A stretch of 64,000 bases of DNA from Eledone cirrhosa. Taxonomy: Eukaryota. The stretch spans positions 19,840,001 to 19,904,000 of the forward strand of contig OZ024743.1 in NCBI GenBank assembly GCA_964016885.1. The letters are read 5' to 3'. The notes under the pieces are model-generated. The model was not told where the DNA came from and made no database searches. It saw only the letters and a program-made list of their open reading frames with translations. The position numbers were made by a program, and so were the translations under genes. Of this stretch, positions 27,345-39,624 are shown one piece after another (positions within the stretch are counted from its first letter, which is position 1; every line of letters starts with the position of its first letter).

Positions 27345-27586
27345 TAGATTTTTCATCGGCTTAGGTTCTAACAATCAATTTTATTATCTGTCATAGAATT
27401 TATCGGTTCTAGTTCTAACAACGAATTCTATTATCTCGCATAGAATTTATCAGTTCAGGTTCTAATAACTATTTCTATTGTCTTTCATAGAATTATTGAT
27501 TCAGCTTCTAACAAGGAATTCTATTTTATCTTTTAGAACTTATCGGTTCAAGTTCAAACAAACAATGTTATTATCTCTCATAGAAT
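27345..27586. repeat. 47-bp diverged minisatellite, ~5 copies
   Basis: catagaa anchors at 27392, 27439, 27486 and 27579, with a degenerate copy near 27532. Confidence 0.9.
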
Positions 27587-27669
27587 ACGAGCTTTGTCGC
27601 ACGATACTTTTTTTTATTCATGTTACATAATATAGTTTCGTAGTGGGTGTGCAGCTTGGTAAAGGAACG

Positions 27670-27965
27670 TTTCTTTGTAGTTAAGGTGTTCATATCCTCA
27701 TCGTAAGGTCAGGATTTCAATTCCCAGTGGTGTGAGGTGTCCGTGAGCAAGATACTTTATTTCACATTGCTCCAGTCCCCTCAGCTGGCAAAACTGAGTT
27801 GTAACTATAATTCAAGGGCCGGTATGGTTACAACTTCCGTCACGGAGAGTACCTCCGAGAAATACGTTAAAGGTACATATGCATATGGAATGCTCAGTCA
27901 TTTGCACGTTAATTTCATGAGCAGGCTGATTCATTGTTTGAACAACTGAAACACTCGTCATCGGA
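27670..27965 (+). mobile_element. tRNA-derived SINE
   Basis: Decayed A/B boxes, then gagcaagatactttatttcacattgctccagtc. Confidence 0.75.
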
Positions 27966-28506
27966 TTCAATAACAACTTTATAAACCTCTGTTATAGTGA
28001 GACATATCTGATCGAATGAAGAGGATATAAGACTATCGTGTACCAGAAGAGATGGATCGTGTACCAGAAGAGATGATTCGTGTCTTGTCTATTGCACTGG
28101 AAAGCATTCACGTATACAAATTTAAAACCACGTCTATAATTACCTCAGCATTAAATAGCATCATCAGAAGACAGAGCTCGCTGTTAGACTGCAATAGCAC
28201 AGCATTTTGAGGAAATTGTGGGGTTATATGTCTAAAGGGAGTAACAAGAGTAAACTGATTTAGAGACCATAATAAGTAAATGACCTTCAGGAGTTCAATT
28301 TCCTTTCGACAACTTCAGGAAAATCATCTGATTAATAATATTATTCATAATTTCTTACATTGGCATACAGCCATATATTTTCTTTGAGTATTATAGTCGA
28401 TATATTTGACATTCTGTGCGTAACTTATGTTGAAAACAAAGTCGATTCTGGGCGTACCAAAAACGTAATCAAATCATTTGAAGTATATAATTTAATGCAC
28501 TGCATT

Positions 28507-28572
28507 TCTTCTTCTTCTTCTTCTTCTTCTTCTTCTTCTTCTTCTTCTTCTTCTTCTTCTTCTTCTTCTTCA
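28507..28572. repeat. (TTC)n microsatellite
   Basis: Directly visible. Confidence 0.97.
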
Positions 28573-29942
28573 AGCGCCGCATACATAATTATAGGTATTT
28601 GTGGGAAGTATTCCATTATTATGTATTTCAAAGCTAATAATTCCTGAGGTCCTTTCTCGTTATAGGAACACAGTAGCTGTTGAGTTTGCTTTTCCCCTGC
28701 ATCCACCGCTTGCTTTACCCTTTTACCATTGAAGCATAACCAGCTAACAGCCTCAGTATTTTCCTGTAACCACTATTTGTATATAATATTACTGATCTAT
28801 CATTCAAGTCTAGAAAGCCATCTCGCGCAATGAGATCTAAAGCAATCATTCCACCCACAGACCTGCCAACCTCTAAAACCCGAACGGGGAGTACCATGAA
28901 CAAAAGTGCCCCAAAACGGGAAGAAATGAAGCAAAATGGGGAGATTTTATATAATGAAAGCTATACCCATTTTCACAAGAGAATACTTCTCTCAACCACC
29001 TCAAAGGCTATTGTAACTATCCCCGTCGGACGGCGATAGGTAACGGGTTTGCACCTAACATGAACAGATATATCCAAACGAGCGAGAACTTTGTAGAAGT
29101 GTAAATGCCTCTTGTTTAGAACATTAGTTTCTATCTAAATCAAAATGGTACGGTTAGAATTAAGAAAGTGATACAAAATTAGTAACTACCCAGAGCCTAT
29201 TTTCAAGCAGGTTTCGAAATCGTCAGTACGATGTTGAAGTATTAACCCCCCCCCCCCCCCCCCCCCGAAACGCCCTATTTAATTGTAGTTAAATATCGTT
29301 GTAACTCTACCATTTTGTTAGGCATCGTATCACGTTTCCAATGTATGCACGGCCATATGGCTTCTGCAAAAGCGTTTAACAAGTTGTCGTTTTATACAAT
29401 GATGTTATTATTTTATTGTTTTATGATGGCTGTGTTCTATTAATACTGTTGTTTTTCTTGCAATTATTTTCATGTGTTTATGTTAACATCTTTATTTGTG
29501 TTGATATTCTTCCTGTTTGGGGTGTTGAATGAATTAATAATGGTACATTAGCTAATGCTCCCAATACGAAAAGGTTTTTGAATTGTATTCACACTACTCT
29601 GACCTTTAAAGATAACTACGACTACTTTTATAATCTTCTCTCCTCGTCAGTACCATAGTCATGTTGAATATTTCCACTTAGAAGGCAGCGATATCCAGTA
29701 AATGAAAGCATTTATTTTCCTAAATATACAAAACATATCCTAATTAACAGCTTTTCTTGTTCCTTGTTATAAAAGTGACAAAACAAACTAAATAAATCTA
29801 AATTGCATCCAGTTGACAAAGTACGTATGTGGTATGTACTGTATTGGCTCTACTAGCGGCATTTGAACTCAGATTGTAAAATCAAATAACTAAATGCCAC
29901 AATGTACTTGATCCGGTGTTCTATTAATTTCTACGTACACAA

Positions 29943-30262
29943 GGCTTAGTGGTTAGAGCGTTGGGCTTACAATCGGGACGTTGCGAATTCGATTCCAGGA
30001 CCGGGCCTTACATTATATTCTTGAGCAAGGCACTTTATTTTCACACTGCTCCAGTTCACTCAGCTGTAGAAATGAGTTGCAACGTCACTGGTGCCAAGCT
30101 TTATCGGTCATTCCCTTTCCCTTGAGCAACATCAGTGACGCAGAGAGGGGAGACTGGTATTTATGGGCCACTGCTAGTCTTCAACAAACAACCTTGCCCG
30201 AGCTTGTGACTCGGAGGGGAACTTTCTAGGTCACTCGTGACTGAAAGGGCTTTTTACCTTTA
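29943..30262 (+). mobile_element. tRNA-derived SINE
   Basis: ggcttagtggttagagcg (A box), ttcgattcc (B box), then the shared core cttgagcaaggcactttattttcac. Confidence 0.8.
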
Positions 30263-30289
30263 CACCGAGTTAATACAATAAGTCCTAGA

Positions 30290-30640
30290 GACGCAACATG
30301 GCCGAATTCTTAAGTAGTTTGATTCGCAATTCACGGGTTCGATCCCATTGCGTGTTATCTTGGATAAGTGATATTTATTATAGCCTCAAATTGACACATG
30401 CCTAGTGAGTGAAATTAGATAGATGAAATCCTCTTAGAATTTTCTAGGATAGACTGTACCTTTAATTCAAAGGGCCAACCTTGTCACACTCTGCCCCATT
30501 GATTCTCCTTGAGCATTACGGAAGGAGTACACATATCTGTGAAATGTTCAGTTACATACATGATAATTTTACGCCTAGGGCATTTCGTTGATCGAATAAC
30601 TGGAACTCTCATCGTCGAAAACGACGGATATCCATTCTGT
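30290..30640 (+). mobile_element. Older tRNA-derived SINE
   Basis: ggttcgatccc B box; 3' part (aattcaaagggccaaccttgtcac...actggaactctcatcgtc) resembles the 27670 copy. Confidence 0.6.
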
Positions 30641-31670
30641 TCAATAACAAATTCTACCTTAAACATGATCAAATGAAATGACCACTTATTTGAACCTACG
30701 TTGTATTCTTCGACTATGCATTCTTAACAGTTCTACTCAATTTAGCTACTAAACCTTTTTAACAGCTGGCTTCTGCATAAGCGGGTGATTTCAGCAACTG
30801 ATGTAATCCCTGAAACACTTAAACAGTGAGATGGTAACAAGAGCACAGATTAACAAGAATAAATTGAAACCAGTCTTTTGAATTCCATCCGACTGATACT
30901 ACACCCATCAGTTTTGATACGACCTTCAACCCGGCTATATATAGCAATCTTGTTCTTGAAGATTACGAACAGGAGCGGTCACAGTTTGCACACTTGACGG
31001 AGTTCAACGCCCTCATTGAATGGCTTCGACTTAGCAGCAAATTAAGAACCGTCATATCTAAATTGGTAAGAGAAGCCCATGTCGCTAGACCCAAGTGTTT
31101 TACTGGACAGATATGTTTAAAGTACTCCAGTTCTAGATTATTCCGTATCTCAATTCTAATAGGACAAGTTGGTTGGTGGGCTTGAGACGCAGTACTCGCA
31201 AAGGTAAGACCATGCAGACTGGCGTTTGTAACAAGGTTTGGAGTTTGGATAAAGCCCTTTGATGTTTCATGCCGTTCAGACCATCAGGTAGAAAGGGAGT
31301 AGAACTAGAAAAATGTAATATTTACATTTCCAAATTGCACTCAGAAATGAAATGTGAGTGCATTAGTGCTGAATTTATATCACTTCAACAGAATACTGTT
31401 AAAAGCAGATCTGAGTGATAAACACGTTCGTTACTTTGTGCGTGTATGTGTGAGTGCGCGCGTGCATGTCTCTGCGTGTATGCATGTCCCGTTTTTTCTC
31501 ACTGTTTTCTCCGTTCCTTCCTCTTCTCACCCTTTATCTGTGTTCCAACTTTTTCTGCTGAAGAAGAACTAGTGTCCGAACGTTTCCCGTTATTTCAAGC
31601 GTTAAATTATTATGTTACTTCAACGTAGTGTGTACTGTGTCGTTTGTTTTGGTATTTATGTTTACTTTTT

Positions 31671-31738
<68 letters not shown>

Positions 31739-31742
<4 letters not shown>

Positions 31743-31884
31743 ATAATAATAAATTTGAAGACTAAAATCCAAAGAGGGCTCGATAATGATAAATATATAT
31801 CAAATATAAGAACCGTAGAGCAAATATTTATTAAAATAACAGATTAAAGATTAAGCAAAGATTCTTTGCTTAAACTTTAATCTG

Positions 31885-31889
<5 letters not shown>
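31739..31889 (-). mobile_element. PLE terminal fragment with snap-back hairpin
   Basis: Near-identical to 62820-62945; ends in the inverted repeat ataacagattaaag...ctttaatctgttat; between (TA)n tracts. Confidence 0.75.
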
Positions 31890-31940
<51 letters not shown>

Positions 31941-32019
31941 TGGTGGGTTAGTTCGGATCTGGCTGTCGAAACGGCCGGAGCTCAGCCGTCGGGGTCCTGA
32001 TTCTTTTCCTATATATATG

Positions 32020-32176
32020 TAGAGACCGGAGAAGAAGTCCGGCATTGTTACGTAAAATTCGTAGGGTAGACCGTCGAGACATATTTTGCTTCTGACAACG
32101 CAGCCCTCGTGCTTTGTGTCGAAGAACTGGTCCAAGGCCGTTCTCGTTGCTAGCACGCTGGCTACGTTGCCACTAG
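32020..32176 (-). mobile_element. Tx1-clade LINE micro-fragment
   Basis: GNVASVLATRTALDQFFDTKHEGCVVRSK + DGLPYEFY...DFFSGL is homologous to 39670-39760 and 40090-40146. Confidence 0.75.
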
Positions 32177-32199
32177 ATAGATAGATAGATAGATGGATG

Positions 32200-32286
<87 letters not shown>

Positions 32287-32372
32287 GTCACTTTTCCTTT
32301 CCACTTTTCTCTCTTTCTCTTTCTCTTTCTCTTTCTCTTTCTCTTTCTCTTTCTCTTTCTCTTTCTCTTTCT
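32176..32372. repeat. (GATA)n followed by (CTCTTT)n microsatellites
   Basis: Directly visible. Confidence 0.95.
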
Positions 32373-33584
32373 CACGCTTTCTGTATCTCGTCTTGTCTCA
32401 TGTTCCATCTTTTTTGTCTTTCTCTCCGTTAGTATGTAAAATATTTGTTGATGGAGATTTAAGTTTCGTTATGAGACATACACATGTGTATGACGGCTGC
32501 AAAATGGCTGCTGCCTCGAAGGCACTAAGCTCCATTGAGAAAACAGACGTTTTACAGTATTTTAGCACTTTATTTTACCATTTGTCACTATATTATTTTT
32601 ATATGAATTAAAAATGTTTTCACATTTGTTTCATTTTCTTTTTTGTTATTTTGTCTTCTGGGTTATTTTTTTTTCGTCTAAGAGATACTTGATCTATATG
32701 TTGTATGCTTTCGTTGTCAGTTACTTTTAATAATATTTTTTCTCACATATGGAAAAGCTTCCTGTCAATGAAGAATTTGCATTTAACGTTTTCCCGTGTG
32801 AACAATGAAATAATGCTACGCACTTGAAAATCTGTAGTAAAGTGAACATTGATAAATCTACTATTTCTTGTCATTGAACAGATTTGTAAGAAGCCGTTAA
32901 ACATCCCGTCGCCTGTTACACAGGGGGAAAAAGTAAGAGACGAACAGATTGGTACCAGCTATTCTTATTTTCTTTTCAAATAGATACTTTTACTGCATAT
33001 CTGTGTGTACATGTTTGCTGTAGTAGGCTATTTACTGTATACGAGTTCACGTGATGAGATAGTTGAATGAAAATATGTATACACATGCTTATTTATTCAT
33101 ACTTCGGCTGATAAACGTATGGATATTCACAAACACTCATACATTACATACAAGAAATTGTTGTTGCTATTGTTAATGTTATTCGGACGTAGCAGGGAAC
33201 AAGAAATCTAATTAGACACACACACACACACATACGCACACACATACATACACACACACATATACACACACATACGCAAAAACATACACACTGACACTGT
33301 CGAGTACAATTCTTGTTCATTTTGCTGATTGGATCATTGTTATTATAGTTTGTAGTAATTTTATTGTTGTTGTTATTGTTAATGTTATTCGAACGTAGCA
33401 AGAAACAAAACAAAAACTAGCCACACACACACACAAAACACACATATACATAAACAAAATTCCTGTACTTTTGAATTTTGGCGATTTTCACAAGAACAAT
33501 ACTAACTGCTATTGACTATTGAAATGGTAAAAACACCCATGCGCGCAAAACTTGGATGCAAAACAAGACATAATTGTTTCTACT

Positions 33585-33760
33585 TTTTGGCACAAGGCCA
33601 GCAAATACCCAGTACATTACTGGTACTTTATTTTATCGACTCCGTAAGGATGAAAGGCAAAGTTAACCTCGGCGGCGTTTGAACTCAGATCGTAAAGGAA
33701 GGTAACTATGCTGGAAAGCATGCCCGACCCTCTCCCGATACTGACAATTCGCCGCCAATT
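33585..33760 (-). mobile_element. SINE (second family)
   Basis: actggtacttta..ttatcgac..aaggatgaaaggcaaagttaacctcggcggcgtttgaactcaga. Confidence 0.8.
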
Positions 33761-35344
33761 AACAAGACATAATGACACACATACATGGACAGACATACAA
33801 TCACATATAACTTATACCAAATATAGAAGCTTGTGTAAGTTGCAGCTTACAAAGATACACACATGGATACAAAGACACGCGCATGTGCAAACAGCATACG
33901 TACTGCAGAAAAAGAAACATGATGGCATTGATAGAACTAGATCAGAACAAAGACAAGACAGAGAGAATCAAGAATATTCATTGAGAAGGTCAGAGAATAT
34001 GTGACGAAAGATCTTTGACAATTAAATTATACAATTAAATAATAATCCAGTCGCTAAAGTAACAGAGGTATGAATTAGTTACATATCTAATAATAAATCT
34101 GAAGGGAAACTTTTATTGGCAATATAACACTCGCAAAGTTTAACTATCTGTTTCAACACAAGATTGCACATCATGAAACTTGCAAAACAAATACACAAAC
34201 AAATTGCATATAAATATATATATATATTCATGTGTATGTCTGCTTAAGAGTGTGTAAGTGGGTGTCTGTATCTGTTTGTGCGTGTGGGGGGGGGGGGCAT
34301 TTATTTGCGCCAATGAAATACCACGATTTTCGTCACCTCGGGAAATGTAGTATAGATGGGAGCAATCATGGTTCCCCCAGTTACCTGTTCTGATGTGTCC
34401 TGTTATGGAGTGTTGTCATTCCCTGGGGTAAGTCTTGGTCGTGTCTTTTGTTGCTGGATTACAAAGGTAACTCCGTGCACACGAGATGTCGTTAGCTTAC
34501 AGGAAGGATTTAGATGAAGATGAGACAACTGTCATCTAAAAGATGAAGCAATATATATATATATATATATATACAGGGAGAGGGAGAAGGAGAGAGACAG
34601 AGACAGAGGGAGAGAGGGGGAGAGAGAGAGAGAGAGAGGCGTGTACCTCTGTGTGTATGTGTGCACGTGAATGTGAGGTTGAAATTAAATAGATTTGAAA
34701 ATGTAGCTAATGTTTTTGTTATATATACATACTTTTGTTATATATACATACTTTTGTTATATATACAGTACTTAAGAAAAAGAAATTAGTTCGTACAAAA
34801 TTAATTATTGTTTTTTTTAAATATGTAGGTTTGCTCAAATAATCATGATTATCTAATTAGTATTTGTACTACTCCAGCACAAATGTATATGGCATATAAC
34901 GGTACGTGTTAATAAATGCAAAAAAGCAACACAAATGAAAATGAAACTTTCAAAATATAATTGTAGCGAGACCGGATAGTACAAAAACTAATTACATAGT
35001 CATGATTATTTCTATTTTATTTTTAATATATATATTTTTTATTTTGTATGAAATAATGACTTTTCTTCAGTGTATATATAAAAAGATATTACGTGCATCT
35101 TCAAATCTCTCCTATTATTTTTCGAGTGTATATATTTTTTCGATAATCTGTGTTGGGTGGTCTAAGTAATCAAGTACAAGCGCTCTATAAAGGTAAGAAC
35201 AGGCAATATGTATATGGTGCCTGACGGTGTATTATTATTAAGAAGAGATGGTTTTACGTTTTACACTTCCATTTGCTGTCTTATATAACACCTATTATGG
35301 CCATTTTAAATGCACTATTTAATAATTAATTAATGCGTTGTCAC

Positions 35345-35417
<73 letters not shown>

Positions 35418-35419
35418 GA

Positions 35420-38400
35420 TATATTAACAAATGGAAACTATATTTATAAAACCATATTTATTTCATTATACATATTTCAAGGACACCAAGTTAAATTATG
35501 GTGGGCTTTCATCAGATAAAATATAATATAATATAGATCAGTTTTATAAATAAATATTGACATACCCTTAAAGAATGCGACCATTTCTGTTGGAAGCTCC
35601 CGGATAGTGGGGTTATAAATTTATTTATACTATTAAGCAAATTAGTGTCGGATATTTTTAAAACACAGTAGATTTAAAACAAGCCGTTGGAGTAAGGAGA
35701 AAGGGAAAGAGAAAAAAGAAAAAAGAAAAAAGAGACAAATCAAGCTTTAAGAGGAAAATAAGAAAACAAGAAAAAGATAAAGAGAAAGAGAAGAAAAAAG
35801 AAAAGAGAAAAGAGAAACAGAAACAGAAAGCCCTAAGTGATAGGTTGTTGTATTAGCATAACTTTTAAGATGAAGTGAAAAAATAAATATTTTTTGGATG
35901 AGTAAAGTAAATAACCGTGAATGGAAAATAATCGTGAATGGAAAATGAATTTTAACCATGTTTAAATATGATTAAATGTTTAGTTTATCAATTAAATTAT
36001 CCATCAAATTATTGAGATCTATACATTAAAAGTTGAGATCTATATATTATTAAAAAATCTATATATTATTAAAACCCATATATTATTAAAAGAATATATC
36101 CATATATATACATACGCAGACATACATACACATACATATAAATAAATATATATATATACCTACACATACCATACACATAGATAAAGGACTTTTTATGTAT
36201 AAGATATAGGAATTTTCTTAAACTTATATATTGTTCTGAGAAACCAGAGAAAAAAACCCGGAGAAAAAATGTCTATGTAATATCAAAAGAGCGTGAAGGA
36301 AATTAAGTTATTTACTTATATTATTTACTTATATTAAATGTTATAAATGTCAAGATAACAAAGGAAATTTAAGATTATAGAAACCTTATGTTATAATACA
36401 AACCTTATACTATAAATTTTTATATTATAAATGTTATTTTTACTAAATCCACATGTTATGTAGTTGTGACTGTTATTATATAAGTTTGTTTATCACGAAC
36501 CTTAAGGAAACCCTTATAACCTAGCGCATTTGAATTGTATGCATATATATATATAGACACAACTCCCACATATATACACATAGACATAGATACACATACA
36601 GGTAGATATGCATCATATATATATATATATATATATATAAATATATATATATATACATACATATATATAGAGAGAGATATAAATATACAGTATATAGAAT
36701 AATTGAAGTACATAATATATAAAAATAAGATAAAAATGAATTATATTACGATTTGGAAATATATTGTTACAATTATAAACAATATAACTTTAAAGCAATA
36801 TAATTTAAAAAAATTACAGAATATTTTAAGATATAATTTTAAAAGAAGAATATGTCTAAAAAAATTCAGTATAAAATTTAAATTTTTTTATACAATATGT
36901 TTAACTTAATTTTATAACTATATGGGAAATTTTCAAAGAAAAAGGAAGAGAAACTTTCAAAAGAGAAACTTTCAAAAATAGGAGAAACTTTTCAAAGAAA
37001 ATATTTTCCCCTTTTAAGAGCTTTCAGTATGTTTATCTAGAAAGATTTTCTAGGAAATTTTTTTTTTATATTTGAGAGTTTAAGCAGTCAAATGAAGGAA
37101 TCTAATGATTTATCGATAGGTTCAATATATTAATAGAATTAATTATATATTACATTTTAAATTTATATTTAAACGTTGAGTTCAATCTATGTCTGCAGCA
37201 ACTGAAGAGATTGCTTCTTACATTTAGGGAATTTTTTATTTTTAATATAAAGAATATTTCCTCCATACAAAGATCACAATTTTCTGAAGAGGAGTTAAAA
37301 GGAGTTGCTTTTGAAATAATATTCCAAAGTAACGAATATTCAACGTTCTTTAATTTGAGGTCCCATAATAAGCTAGATCGAGAAGTTTTTTGTTTAAATG
37401 CGTAAAAGAGCTTTTATGGTTATTAAAACGAGATTTAAAATCTGTGGAAGTAGATCCTACATAGTTAAATGAATTTAGATTAGTTATTACATTACAATTA
37501 TATACTATATTTTTAGCTAAGCAATTGTTATTTAACGGACAATTAGATTTATTTCTAGTTACATTTATCAAATTGGATATTGCTGGGGTTATTAGTGGTA
37601 TTTTGGTTAGGTTTTAAATTTCTATTATTAATTCTATTAATATTCTGCGCTAAACTTTTGGTGGATGAATAAGTTAATTTTATAGTTTGTCTATTAAAAA
37701 TTGAGTAATATCTATGTGTTCTAGGGAAGCATTTGTCAAGAGCGTTAAAGAATAGGAGTTTTAATATTTAATGAGAAAGGAGGAGCGAACCATAATATAT
37801 TCCTAGTTCTATTTCTTTTTTTGTTTTCCGAATTATTGTAAGGTTTTCTATTATAGTTGTTAAAATTGTTAGGATTATGGTTATTTGTTATATTATTATT
37901 ATCAATGTATTTAATTTTATTTCTATATCCAGCTCTACCTAACGCTTCGTTGTAATAATGTGCTTTATCATCAAATATATTCTTATTAGGTGAAATTCTA
38001 GAAATGCGTTGCTGTACAGAATTCACTATAGTATTTTTAACGGATCTGGGGTGATTAGAGTTAAAATTAACGTAGTTTAGGTTCTCGTTTAGTTTGTGAA
38101 AAGGATAATGAAGACATGTGTTAAGGTTTAATGTTACATCTAGAAAATTAACTATTTTATTGTTATTCTCTATTTCTACTTTTAGATTAAGGTAATTAAA
38201 AAATTGTATAATTTCTTTTCTTTTCCTATTTAATTCACAGTTATTATTTTCGATAAGTAAAAGCATGTCGTCACGATATAAACCTCCGGTCATCTCAAGT
38301 ATTTTTCTATGTAGAGAATTATTTATAAAGAGGCCCATGGGATCATTCTATTCCCTGAGCGGAATAGGATGATCCCATAGTGATATCGAAATTATTGTTT

Positions 38401-38775
38401 CTATCTGCTCTAGTTCAGAGTTGGTTGTTAAATTCTATTAATGTTTTCCGTGCCGTTAAGATAATGTGCATTTCATTACTAGTTAAGTCTGTATGTTTAA
38501 ATGCATATATTAGTGCTTTGTTAAGTAGATTAGGAGTGATGGATGAGTAATAATTAGCAATATCCAATTGAATAAACTTATTATTATAGTTATATTTAAT
38601 TTCCTTAAACCATTCGATAATATGAAATATGTATAATATGAAATATGTATAATGAAATAAATATGGTTTTATAAATATAGTTTCCATTTGTTAATATATC
38701 GTATTTTTACTCCAATAATTTGTTGAGTGCATTATATCAGTTATAAAAATATTTGCTTGTTGTATCCCAACAATT
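35420..38775 (-). mobile_element. 5'-truncated Penelope-like retroelement (RT + C-terminal GIY-YIG; tentatively Naiad-like)
   Basis: FIQLDIANYYSSI, FDITMG, GGLYRDD, NFLDVTLNL, SNHP, LWFAPPFS, CPLNNNCL..NIVY, YVGST..FKSRFNNHKSSF, LNVRSNLFSCCRH. Coding part ~37160-38775 has stops and frameshifts; long AT-rich 3' UTR; (TA)n on both sides. Confidence 0.92.
35459..35523 (-). ncRNA. Type I hammerhead ribozyme at PLE 3' end
   Basis: UAUUUUAU-CUGAUGA-AAGCCCACCA..UGGUGUCCUU-GAAA-UAUGUA-UA-AUGAAAUA. Stem I 8 bp (one G.U), AUA triplet. Confidence 0.78.
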
Positions 38776-38788
38776 TAAATAGAACTTC

Positions 38789-39085
<297 letters not shown>

Positions 39086-39624
39086 ATATATATATATATA
39101 TATATAGGAAAATGGGACAGACCCCTTTCATCTGCCAACCTCTAGAAATCGCTATAGTTTCTATGCATCACGACTGATACCATTCATTCCAGTACACATT
39201 GGGACGCAACGAAATATGTGGAGACAGGAGCAGTATCATTCTTGGTGCACAGAAATAATAGCGATCCTAGTGGTTGACTTTTGAGAAAGTACTGTCCGTT
39301 TTTCCGTTGTATTTTCCGTTGTCTTTGTCCTGTGTGCATCCCTATATTGGGTTGTATTTGGAAATCTTAGACACGCGGGCTTTTCGAACCTATCACATAA
39401 TAGATGTTACACCCATTTCCACCTCCTATATCTTCTACGGCTCTGTCATTTTTCTTTGTCTAAACGTTGGACTGTAGCCCATATCTTCTCCCCTTTATAC
39501 TGTTTGTTCTTCTTTGTCTAAGCTACTGCGCACCATTTCTATTTTTATTTTCCTTTTCAGTTGCTTCATTTTGATTTGTAGGATTTGTTCTTTATTCATC
39601 TTTATCTATGTAAAATCAAAAACA

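Noticed and set aside
28715-28920. GRSVGGMIALDLIAR resembling an alpha/beta-hydrolase GxSxG motif
   Set aside because: Short isolated match with no supporting exons; adjacent sequence could equally be a decayed LINE RT motif.
38415-38417. In-frame TGA in the PLE RT as possible selenocysteine codon
   Set aside because: It falls where homologues typically have Trp upstream of FDxTMG, so TGG>TGA decay is simpler; the copy has other lesions and I identified no SECIS.
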